A stretch of DNA of 64,000 nt, from NCBI GenBank assembly GCA_963745235.1, contig CAVUXE010000033.1:1-64000 (forward strand). Reading direction: 5' to 3'. A program made the translations under genes and the position numbers. This document shows positions 20,225-28,894 of this stretch, piece after piece (position 1 is the stretch's first letter; the number at the start of each line of letters is the position of its first letter). This DNA comes from an uncultured Spirochaetota bacterium (GTDB lineage: Bacteria > Spirochaetota > Spirochaetia > SZUA-6 > Fen-1364). A model generated the notes under the pieces. It was not told where the DNA came from and did no database searches. It saw nothing but the letters and a program-made list of their open reading frames with translations.

Positions 20225-20995
20225 CTACTTTGCCCTCTTGTCCGGATTGGTCTTCCCCGTAAGCCTCAGGCGCATCAGGGCGAGCTTCGTGAGCTGGATC
20301 GTGAGGGCGGGGTCAACTCCCTTGGGGCAGACCTCGGAGCAGGCTCCCGCATACTCGCACCCCCAGACTCCCTCCATGGAGTCGAGCTTGTCCAGGCGCA
20401 TCTTTTCCCCTTCATCCCGGGAGTCGCTTGAGTAGCGATACGCCTGGCCGAGGGCCTGCGGCCCGATGAACTCCGTGTTCGTGTTGCTCACGGGGCAGGC
20501 GTCCACGCACAGCCCGCACGAGATGCAGTGCGCGAAGTCCAGGAAGTAGTCCAGCTGGCTCAAGGTCTGCGGGTATTCTTTCTCCGCGCGGAACTTCTCT
20601 TCCGTATCCTTGCGCACGAGCCACGGGGAGACGCTCTTGTGCTTCGCGAAGAAATCATCGAAGTCGGTGACGAGATCCCGCACCACGGGGTGAGCCTCCA
20701 TGGGCCCGACGTGGATCCTCGTCGTCCCGAGGGAGAAGACGTTCGTCTCACAGGCAAGCCGGGGCCTGCCGTTGATGACCATGCCGCAGGAGCCGCAGAT
20801 GCCCATGTTGCAGCTGTACCGCATGGCCAGCGTGTTGTCCTGGCGTTCCTTCACCGAAAGGAGCATGTCGAGGACCGTGCTGAACCTGTCCGCCTGCACC
20901 TCGAATGTGCTCTCCGTGAATGCGTCTGCCTCGGGATCGTACCTCCTGATGACGAGCTCGATGGCCCGCGTCTCTTTACCGAGCAGTTGTCTCAT
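20225..20995 (-). CDS. sdhB: Fumarate reductase/succinate dehydrogenase iron-sulfur subunit
   Basis: SCNMGICGSC..C [2Fe-2S], CISCGLCVDACP [4Fe-4S], CEYAGACSEVCP [3Fe-4S]. Confidence 0.93.
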   Translation of the reverse strand: MRQLLGKETRAIELVIRRYDPEADAFTESTFEVQADRFSTVLDMLLSVKERQDNTLAMRYSCNMGICGSCGMVINGRPRLACETNVFSLGTTRIHVGPMEAHPVVRDLVTDFDDFFAKHKSVSPWLVRKDTEEKFRAEKEYPQTLSQLDYFLDFAHCISCGLCVDACPVSNTNTEFIGPQALGQAYRYSSDSRDEGEKMRLDKLDSMEGVWGCEYAGACSEVCPKGVDPALTIQLTKLALMRLRLTGKTNPDKRAK

Positions 20996-21191
20996 GCTTC
21001 CTCCTGTGCACAAATACCTCCCGGATCCCGATGGCGCCGTACACGAGCGTACCCGCCGCGATCAGGATGAGGAGGACCGTCCGGATGCCGGGCCCGGCTC
21101 CCAGGAGCGCCGCCAGCGCAAGGAGCACCAGGAGCACGGGGACACCCATCATCGTGAGGTAATCGAAAAACATGAAAAACGATGCCTTCAC
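20976..21191 (-). CDS. Small 2-TM membrane protein (putative anchor subunit Y)
   Basis: GTG start overlaps the upstream stop; (M)KASFFMFFDYLTMMGVPVLLVLLALAALLGAGPGIRTVLLILIAAGTLVYGAIGIREVF. This is the 3' end of ORF 20976-21785. Confidence 0.7.
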   Translation of the reverse strand: MKASFFMFFDYLTMMGVPVLLVLLALAALLGAGPGIRTVLLILIAAGTLVYGAIGIREVFVHRRKHETTAR

Positions 21192-21607
21192 GGCTGCCAC
21201 CTCGCTATCATGAGGATAAACCCCGCCGCCCAGACGGCCATCACGATGAACGGAAGGGAAAGGTAAAGCCCGCGTCTCTTTCCATACCTCGTGCGGTAGA
21301 GGTGGGCGAACTCCTCGTTGAGGTTGCCGAAGGCCATCCCGCGGGACCACGCCAGGGCAAGCCCCTTGGCGACCTCGAACAGCTGCGGGGTCCAGAGGAC
21401 CCAGATCACCGCGGTTGCGATCTTGAGCGCGGTCCCGAAAGCCGGTTCGGCAAGATACGCGATGATCAGGAGCCCGTAGAGAATGGTGAGAGGCACCATC
21501 AGCCGGTAGGCAAGCACGTGGATGAATCCTTCGAGATAGAACCGGGCGAGCCTGCCGATCCTGCTCTGCCTGCCGCGCAGGTCCCGCGGCTTCCTGCGGG
21601 GGCCCAT
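21188..21607 (-). CDS. 3-TM membrane protein (putative anchor subunit X)
   Basis: Basic N-terminus followed by three hydrophobic stretches; abuts the sdhA stop. Confidence 0.75.
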   Translation of the reverse strand: MGPRRKPRDLRGRQSRIGRLARFYLEGFIHVLAYRLMVPLTILYGLLIIAYLAEPAFGTALKIATAVIWVLWTPQLFEVAKGLALAWSRGMAFGNLNEEFAHLYRTRYGKRRGLYLSLPFIVMAVWAAGFILMIARWQP

Positions 21608-23374
21608 CAGTATTTCCTCTCCATTGGCTGCCATTTCGTGATTGCCACAGGGGCTCGGGAGAGCCTGGGGAAGCTGCCCGTGCGGTAGGCGAGGGTGTGG
21701 GCAAGGAAGCCCGCATCGTCCCTCTTTGGATATTCCACCATGAAGTGCGAGCCACGGCTCTCCTTGCGCTGCATGGCCCCTTCAACCACGGTCTGGGCGA
21801 TCTCGATCATGTTGCCGATCTCGAGGGCGTCCCTGAAGTTCGTGTTGAAGACGCTCGGTCTTGTCCTTCACGCGTATCCCGGGATACCTGCCGCGAAGCT
21901 CGGCGAGCTTCATCCTGGCTTTCTCCAGCTCCGACGTCTTGCGATAGACATGCACAAACGCGTCCATTGTCTCCCATAGCTCCTTTCTGAGCTGGTAGGG
22001 GTCCTCCGTGCCGTCCTGGGCCTTCAGCGTCTCCACGCGGTGAGCGGCCTCGTTGATCTGATCCGTCACCCCATCCAGCCCGGGCAGGGCGCGCGCTTCC
22101 AGCGCCTTTTTCTGTGCGGCCTCTCCGGTCATGCGTCCCCAGATGATGCAATGGCTCAGGGAGTTGCTTCCCAGCCTGTTTGCGCCATGGACGCTGACGC
22201 AGCCGCACTCTCCCGCCGCCCACAGGCCGCGGACCGGCCGCGAGGTGTCATCCCTCATCACCTCCCCGTCGATGTTCTCGTGGATGCCTCCCATGGTGTA
22301 GTGCGCGGAAGGTCTCACGGGGATCGGCTCATGCGCCGGGTTGATCCCGAGGATCTTCATGGTGAGCTCCTTGATCATGGGGAGCCTCTCGTCGATCTTT
22401 TCCTCTCCCAGGTGGCGCATGTCCAGGAGGAGGTGGCGCATCCCGGACACCTCGTGAAGCAATCCTCTTCCCGCGTTGAGCTCCGTGATCATGGCGCGCG
22501 CGATGATGTCCCGCGGGGCGAGCTCCATTCGCTCCCGGGCGTAGTCTTCCATGAACCGCTTGTTCTCGGAGTTCAGAAGGTAGCCGCCTTCTCCGCGCAC
22601 CGCCTCCGTGATGAGAACGCCGGTCGGGATCAGCCCCGTGGGGTGGAACTGGATGAACTCCATGTCCTTGAGCGGCAGGCCGGCCTTGTAGGCGAGGGCG
22701 ATCCCGTCTCCCGTGCTGGAGTACGCCGTTGTCGTGAAGCCGTAAATCCTGGCAAACCCGCCGGTGGCAATGATGCCGGATTTCCCTGCAAAGAACTTCA
22801 GGCCTCCCCGCGCGAGGTCCAGGGCAAGGAAGCCTCTGAACTCTCCGTCCTGCAGGATGAGGTCCGTCGCGTAGTGCTCGTGGAAGATCACGACGCTGGG
22901 GAAGCTCAGCAGGTTGTCATACAGGGCGTGGAGCATGAAGAACCCGGTCTTGTCGGCCGCAAACACCGTGCGCGGCACCGTCATCCCGCCGAACGCGCGC
23001 AGGACGATCCTCCCGTTCTCGTTCCTGTTCCAGGGGGTTCCCAGGTGGTCGAGGAACCTGATCTCCCTGGGCGCTTCGTTCACCAGGATCTCGATGGCCG
23101 GCTGGTCGCCCAGGTAGTCTCCACCCTTGACCGTGTCAAAAGCGTGAAGCTCGATGGAATCGTTGGCCTCACCGGGATACAGGACTCCCGAAATGCCGCC
23201 CTCCGCCGACACGGAATGGCTCCTCATGGCATGGAGCTTGGAGAGAAGGGCGATTCTCAGTTTTCCCCCGGAGCTCCTCGCCGCCTGGAGCGCGGCCCGC
23301 ATTCCCGCCAGCCCGCTTCCCACGATTACGACGTCGAACTCCTGCAGTTCCACATTTTTCGAGAGCGTCGGCAT
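21607..23374 (-). CDS. sdhA: Fumarate reductase/succinate dehydrogenase flavoprotein (frameshift near 21860)
   Basis: GSGLAG, MRSHSVSAEGG (covalent FAD His), QFHPTG, HYTMGG, HGANRLGSNSL; C-terminal RKESRGSH and ITKWQPMERKY in ORF 21607-21810. Confidence 0.93.
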
Positions 23375-23423
23375 CCTGTTCCCTTTCTGCGCAAATATAC
23401 AAAGATTTGTTAGAATGGTGGTC

Positions 23424-24254
23424 ATGTTCCTTCAACGGTACGGCCCATGGGCTTTGATCACCGGTGGATCGGAAGGGCTGGGCGCCGAGTTTGCGCGCCA
23501 GCTGGCCGCGCGCGGGATGAACCTCGTTCTTGTTGCACGGCGCCCGCAGGTGCTCCAGAAGCTCTCCTCCGAGCTGCGCGGCGCGTTTTCCGTTGACGTC
23601 CTCCCGCTTCCCCTCGACATGACTCACCATGACGCGGTGGACTCACTCTGCGCGCGCACTGCGGGCCTGGAGGTCGGACTCCTGGTCTGCTCCGCAGCCT
23701 GCTCCCCCCTCGGGGATTTCCTGGAGGTCTCCGAGGAGGATCACAGGCGACTTGTGGATCTGAACTGCAGGGTGCCGGCGCTCCTCTCATGGCGGCTCGG
23801 CAGAGAGATGACGGCCCGCGGGAGAGGAGGCATCATCCTGGTGTCTTCAATGGCCGGCTTCCAGGGAACGGGCTTCGTGGCACATTACGCGGCGTCAAAG
23901 GCCTACGTGCGGGTCCTCGCCGAGGGCCTGTGGAACGAGCTTCGTCCCGAGGGGGTCCACGTGCTGGCCTGCTGCCCAGGGCTTGTCCGCACCCCGACGC
24001 TGTTCGACGGTCATCCCGTCCGCCCCGCCTGGCTTGCCTCGCCTCTCATGGACAGCGCTCCCGTGGTCAAGGAAACCCTGCGGGCCCTGGGCAGGCGCCC
24101 CGTGGTGGTCCCGGGAACAGCAAACCGCGTTTCCAGTTGGATCACCCAGCGTTTGCTGCCCCGGCGAGCTGGAATCGGGCTGGCGAGCTTCGGGACCCGG
24201 GCGATGTATCCCGGGCGGGGAGGGCGTGTCAAAGGAACAGTGTCTCGTTCTTGA
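23424..24254 (+). CDS. Short-chain dehydrogenase/reductase (DltE / 17beta-HSD-like)
   Basis: YGPWALITGGSEGLG, SSMAG, YAASK. TGnTAGAAT lies 7 nt upstream of the ATG. Confidence 0.88.
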   Translation: MFLQRYGPWALITGGSEGLGAEFARQLAARGMNLVLVARRPQVLQKLSSELRGAFSVDVLPLPLDMTHHDAVDSLCARTAGLEVGLLVCSAACSPLGDFLEVSEEDHRRLVDLNCRVPALLSWRLGREMTARGRGGIILVSSMAGFQGTGFVAHYAASKAYVRVLAEGLWNELRPEGVHVLACCPGLVRTPTLFDGHPVRPAWLASPLMDSAPVVKETLRALGRRPVVVPGTANRVSSWITQRLLPRRAGIGLASFGTRAMYPGRGGRVKGTVSRS

Positions 24255-24285
24255 GCAGCTGTATTGCGCGCGTCGGGTCGAAGGG

Positions 24286-25074
24286 CTACCTGGCTGCCCG
24301 GCGCTTCGACGCGGCGGACCCACGGGTTGCAGCCTTTGACCCGTTTCGTTTCTGGGCGACCTGGCGGGCAGAAACGACCGCGGATTTGCGCTGAAGCTTC
24401 GGCGGGTTGATCTCGATGGGCGGTGGAGGGGTGAGCCATTTCGTGACGGCAGGCCCGATGAGGTTCATGAGCAGGGCCGCGGTCTTCTTGATGGGAACCA
24501 GCAGTCGATAATCGTAGTTCGACGGGTTGGCCCAATGGCGGCCGATGAGGGACGTGTACATCGACAAGGTCTGGAGAGCCGTCGCGAAATCCAGGCAGCT
24601 GAAGGTCTCATCCGCCAGCCCGAACGGCATGCTCAGCATGAGGGGGCCGCGTGCATACTCGACGGCCCAGACGCCGTCCGTGAAGTTCATTCCGCACGCC
24701 TGGCCTTTTCCCACGAAGATGCGGTCCCCCGGCCGGTAGATGCGCTTTTCGAACTGACCTTCCGCGAAATACCACGCCTCACCGTCAATGACGGTGTCCC
24801 AGAACGACACGCGGTGGCGCCCGGAGTGGCCTTCTGATCCGATGGGGGTGCCCCAGATCATGACGTATTCGTACAGGGAGGCGAAATACAGCTTCATCTG
24901 GATCATCGCCCCGCCGGCGATGCTGTAGATCCACGGCTGGGAGTGGTCAATGTGCCCCGGATAACGCTTTTCTATCTCCCGCGCGATGACATCGAACATT
25001 TCCGGCTTGCGGCGACCGATCCCCTTCATTGCGCATTCATGGATGACTTCCGGATCGAAGATGTATCGGATCAT
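24286..25074 (-). CDS. ERG2 / sigma-1 receptor-like protein (C-8 sterol isomerase family)
   Basis: YIFDPE, YPGHI, AGGAM, ASLYEYVMIWGTPIGSEGHSGRH, WAVEYARG, MPFGLAD.FS.LDF. Confidence 0.85.
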   Translation of the reverse strand: MIRYIFDPEVIHECAMKGIGRRKPEMFDVIAREIEKRYPGHIDHSQPWIYSIAGGAMIQMKLYFASLYEYVMIWGTPIGSEGHSGRHRVSFWDTVIDGEAWYFAEGQFEKRIYRPGDRIFVGKGQACGMNFTDGVWAVEYARGPLMLSMPFGLADETFSCLDFATALQTLSMYTSLIGRHWANPSNYDYRLLVPIKKTAALLMNLIGPAVTKWLTPPPPIEINPPKLQRKSAVVSARQVAQKRNGSKAATRGSAASKRRAAR

Positions 25075-26214
25075 CGAGAGCCCCCTTCTGCCTCGGCTGC
25101 CAATGTATCTGAGCCGCCGGCCGTTTGCAAGCGCTGGGGGTGAAACCGGATGAGGATGTTCGCGGCAACCAGGCAGGCGGCGGCAACGACACCGAACATC
25201 CACCGAATGCCCATGACATCGGCCAGCACTCCGCCAATCCAGGGACCGACGAACATGCCGATGGCGTAAACGGCCTGGTGGATCCCCATGGCGGTGCTCT
25301 GATGCGCGGCGTCCACCTGCTCGATGGACAGGCCCAGGAGGAGCGGGAAGAAGAAGCCGTTTGCGGCGCCCATGGCGATCGAGGCAATGAACAGAAGGGC
25401 CACCGAATGCGCGGCCGCCGCCGCTACCATGCCGGAGGCGTAGAGGAAGAAGCTTCCGTGCAGGATGGCGCGGGTCCTCTCGCGCCGCGCGGTCATCGTG
25501 ATGATGAGATTGGTTGCGGTGTTGGCTGCCAGCGCACTGGTCAGGAGGAAACTGATGATGACCTCACCTGCCCCGAGTTGCCGCGCGAGGAGCGGGAGGA
25601 ACCCATACAGAACTGCCCATCCCCCGAGCTGGCAGACGGCGTTCGTGAACGACGGTATGAGGACATCCCCGCGGACAAAAACGGCAAGAAGGGAACGCGC
25701 GCTGACCGCGCGTCGACCCTTGCCCGGGCGCGGGGGAAGCGGGATGGCGGCCATCACGACGGCCGCAATCACCGCCAGCGCGGCGCTGACGAAGAAGGCC
25801 AGGGGGTAGCCGCCTGCCGCGTTCAGGAAGCCGGTGCAGCTCGTGGCAACCATCTGGCCCAGCGAGCAAAGGAGCGCCAGCAGCGACGTGGCAAACACCG
25901 TTCGCCCGGGGGGGTAATAGCCGGCAAACACAATGATCATGGGGGCCCAGATTGCGCTGGAGGCGCCGGTGAGCGCGCGGCCGAAGGTGAGGGCCCCCAT
26001 CGAGGAGCCATGCGCCATCACGAGCGCTCCGATCCCCGCTGCAAGGATGCCGCCAAGGAGGAATCTCTTTCGGCGCCCCGTGGCATCCACGATGACTCCA
26101 AGGGGAGTCCGCAGGATGGCCTCCCAGAGGCCGAACATCGAAAGGACCACTCCAACCCCGGTGAGACTGGAGGCTTTGCTCTTCACATATGCGGGAAGAG
26201 TCGGCACATAGATA
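25071..26214 (-). pseudogene. MFS transporter, 3' part (interrupted by IS)
   Basis: Multi-TM protein with DATGRRK and GRALTG MFS loops. Joins in frame to 28319-28386 once the IS and one TSD are removed (..YWAALYIY|VPTLP..). Confidence 0.9.
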
Positions 26215-26232
26215 CAGCTTGTCGGGTAATTG

Positions 26233-26619
26233 CTAGCCTGCTGCACCCTGCTGGGCATGGCGACGCCTGACCGGCACCTTGCGCGTTGGTGGCGGCAACT
26301 CTTGCAGCTGACGCTCGGTTGCCTCCAGCGAAATGCGCTCCATTTCGGCGACGATGCGATCAAGTTCCTTGCCGGCAGCGATCCACCCTTCTAGCAACTT
26401 GGCTTGTTGAGCTGACAGATTAACCGTGACGGTCCTGCCGTCGAGTTTGCGGGTCCACTGGTAATACGGACCGTGCAAACGGGGGGGTGAGGCTTTGCAG
26501 GCGCAGACGGACTTGCCGCAGGTCATCATGCGCTTGAGCAGGGTGCCGCGGCGGAAGAAGCCGATGTGGCTCAGGGCGAGTTGAAGCTGCCGGTAGTCTG
26601 ATGGAAGGTCGGTTTTCAT
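26233..26619 (-). CDS. DUF6788-family IS accessory protein
   Basis: RRGTL....TCGKSVCAC.....HGPYYQWTRK.DGRTVT motif; the stop lies next to the left IR. Confidence 0.85.
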   Translation of the reverse strand: MKTDLPSDYRQLQLALSHIGFFRRGTLLKRMMTCGKSVCACKASPPRLHGPYYQWTRKLDGRTVTVNLSAQQAKLLEGWIAAGKELDRIVAEMERISLEATERQLQELPPPTRKVPVRRRHAQQGAAG

Positions 26620-26630
26620 GGCGATGTATA

Positions 26631-26666
26631 TTGACAGAGATTAGTCCCCAGTTATACTACTGGGGA
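26631..26666 (+). promoter_or_regulatory. Sigma70-type promoter with -10 embedded in an inverted repeat
   Basis: TTGACA (26631-26636), 16 bp, TATACT (26653-26658). The -10 is flanked by TCCCCAGT (26645-26652) and ACTGGGGA (26659-26666). Confidence 0.75.
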
Positions 26667-26803
26667 AATGTCTCCCGTCAATATCCTCCCGGTTCGACTT
26701 TGCCTCCCGATCCTCTCTTCGGCCCTGTGTCTGCTCCTTGTGCTCGGCGGCTTCAGTACACGCCCTTGCGTTATCCCAACCACTTCAGCGGAGGTTCCCC
26801 CCT

Positions 26804-28174
26804 ATGCCGCGTCAGCCCGATCTATTGCCCAGATCCAAGAGTCCAACCATCCCCGTGGCCGACACCCTTCGCCTCGTCCAGATCGCCGACACCCTCGATT
26901 GGGAGGAGCTGCAACAGCGCGCCCAACAGATCCGTCTGGCAAAGTTGAAGAACGCTGCAGGCCAGCCGCCGCACTTGCGCGCCACCCTCGGCGCTATGCT
27001 GTTCATGGCTACACGCAAGCTCACCTATCGGGAGGCGGAAGACCTCATCCAATACTACGCCCCGGCGCGTTACCTGTGCGGGCTGACCGAGACGAGCTGG
27101 ACGCCGGACTTCACCACGATCCAAGACTTTACCGAATTGATGGGAGAGCAGGGGATCAATCTCATCAATCAGTACGTGGTGCACCTGGCGGTGAAGCAAA
27201 AGCTGGCAGATCCCAGGACCCTGGTGGCCGACACCACAGCGCAGGAAGCGGCGATCCCCTATCCCAACGAGATGGGACTTATGTCCGCCTTCCTGCGCTC
27301 GGCGGCTGCCGCAGGGCGGAAGGTTGGCCGAGGGCTGAAGGGGTTTTTGCAACAGACGGCGAGTCAATTCCAGGCGGCCGGGCAGAAAGCTCGAGAGTAC
27401 CGCCTGTTTGCCAAGACCAAGGAGAGCAAGGATCGGGTGATGACTCAGATGCTCACCATCGTCGAGAAGCTCAACGCGCATTTGGGCAAGGCGCTGAGCG
27501 AAGCTGCCGCACAGAGAACAAAGCTACGCAAGTACGCCATCGTGGCCAAGAGCAAGCTGGTGCAATTGCACGAAACGATGAGCAAATTGCTGCCGCAGAT
27601 CCGCTACTGGATTCGCTCAGGCTATGTGGCCAGCGGCAAGATCATCAGCCTGCATATCCCGCAACTCTACAGTATCGTGCGCGGCAAAGTAGGCAAATCG
27701 GTGGAGTTCGGACTGAGCTGGGGCATTACGCGTCTGGCCGGTGGGTACCTGCTGGCCACGCTGGCCAAGGATCGCCGCGAGTTGGTGGACACGAAGTTTG
27801 CAGTGCGAGCAGTCAAGGACCACCTCGCGCTCTTTGGCAAAGCGCCGCTGGCATATGCCTACGATCGTGGTGGATACAGCGCGCAGAACCTCTCCGCCTT
27901 GAAGAAGTTGGGGGTCAAGGAGGTGGGGCTGGCCCCCCGTGGACGTACACAGTGGTCGGTAAGCAGACCGGTGCGCGACCGGCTGGTCAGAGAGCGGGCT
28001 TTGGTAGAGGCGGGAATCGGCACCATCAAGGGCTCCAGATATGGGTTCAACCGTCCGGCGGCTCGCTCGGAGGCCATGATGGGGGCCTGTGGGCAGCGCG
28101 CAGTGTTGGGATTCAACACCAACAAGCTGGTGCGCGAACTAGCGCAGCGCAAAGAGACGAGGCTAAGCGGCTAA
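26804..28174 (+). CDS. DDE transposase, IS5-like
   Basis: GGAGG RBS before ATG 26804; LVADTTAQEAAIPYP, IVRGKVGKSVEFG, AYDRGG, RALVEAGIGTIK..YG. Confidence 0.9.
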   Translation: MPRQPDLLPRSKSPTIPVADTLRLVQIADTLDWEELQQRAQQIRLAKLKNAAGQPPHLRATLGAMLFMATRKLTYREAEDLIQYYAPARYLCGLTETSWTPDFTTIQDFTELMGEQGINLINQYVVHLAVKQKLADPRTLVADTTAQEAAIPYPNEMGLMSAFLRSAAAAGRKVGRGLKGFLQQTASQFQAAGQKAREYRLFAKTKESKDRVMTQMLTIVEKLNAHLGKALSEAAAQRTKLRKYAIVAKSKLVQLHETMSKLLPQIRYWIRSGYVASGKIISLHIPQLYSIVRGKVGKSVEFGLSWGITRLAGGYLLATLAKDRRELVDTKFAVRAVKDHLALFGKAPLAYAYDRGGYSAQNLSALKKLGVKEVGLAPRGRTQWSVSRPVRDRLVRERALVEAGIGTIKGSRYGFNRPAARSEAMMGACGQRAVLGFNTNKLVRELAQRKETRLSG

Positions 28175-28318
28175 CGGAATACGGGACCCTCGGCCACGAG
28201 CCTGACAGAGCGCCAGCGGGACTCTCCAACATGATACACGGCACACCGAAGAGCGCGACACAGGTCAGCCAACCGTCAAACACCGAGCTGGCGGATGCCT
28301 GAATTACCCGACAAGCTG

Positions 28319-28386
28319 TAGATATACAGGGCGGCCCAGTACAGGAAGGTCGCCGCAGCAAACGCGCGGATGCGAGCTCGGCGCAT
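28319..28386 (-). pseudogene. MFS transporter, 5' part (first ~22 codons)
   Basis: MRRARIRAFAAATFLYWAALYIY up to the TSD. Confidence 0.85.
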
Positions 28387-28423
28387 GGTTGAGGGCCATG
28401 ATATCGGGAAATGGGCGTCTCTG

Positions 28424-28891
28424 TCACCGCGGCTTTTCCAGCTCGAAGATCACGTCCATGACATCCGCTGCGCGCTCCGCGGAGCAGATGCGGTCCCGCA
28501 GGTCCTCGTGTCTCGCCAGGCGGGCGATGCCGGCGAGTGTCCCCACGTGCCTCTGGAAAGAATCGCTGGGGATGACCAGGAGGATGACGAGCCGGGCGGG
28601 CTTGCCGTCAGCCGAATCGAAGGGGATGCCTGTTCGGGAGATGCCGAGGCACGCTACCACCTCGCGCACGCAGTCAACGGCCCCGTGGGGAACGGCGAGC
28701 CCGCGCGCAAGGCCGGTGCTCATTGATTTCTCCCGGGCAACGACGGCCTCCACCACGGCGGCACGGTCGGCCAGGCGAAGCTCGTGCGCGGAGATGAGAA
28801 GGTCCACCAGCTCCTCGATTGCCTCCCACTTGGTCGCAGCGTCAAGGCTCGTCTTCACCAGGTCTTCCTGGAGCAGCTCGGACAGATGCAT
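28424..28891 (-). CDS. PTS EIIA-domain protein (PtsN/fructose-type)
   Basis: REKSMSTGLARGLAVPHG (phospho-His), GIPFDSADGKP. Confidence 0.88.
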   Translation of the reverse strand: MHLSELLQEDLVKTSLDAATKWEAIEELVDLLISAHELRLADRAAVVEAVVAREKSMSTGLARGLAVPHGAVDCVREVVACLGISRTGIPFDSADGKPARLVILLVIPSDSFQRHVGTLAGIARLARHEDLRDRICSAERAADVMDVIFELEKPR

Positions 28892-28894
28892 CGT

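Larger units (their letters stand above)
26215..28318. mobile_element. Complete 2,104-bp insertion sequence (IS5-like DDE transposase plus divergent DUF6788 gene)
   Basis: Perfect 17-bp terminal IRs CAGCTTGTCGGGTAATT (26215-26231) and AATTACCCGACAAGCTG (28302-28318). 6-bp direct repeat TAGATA at 26209-26214 and 28319-28324. Interrupts an MFS gene. Confidence 0.96.
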
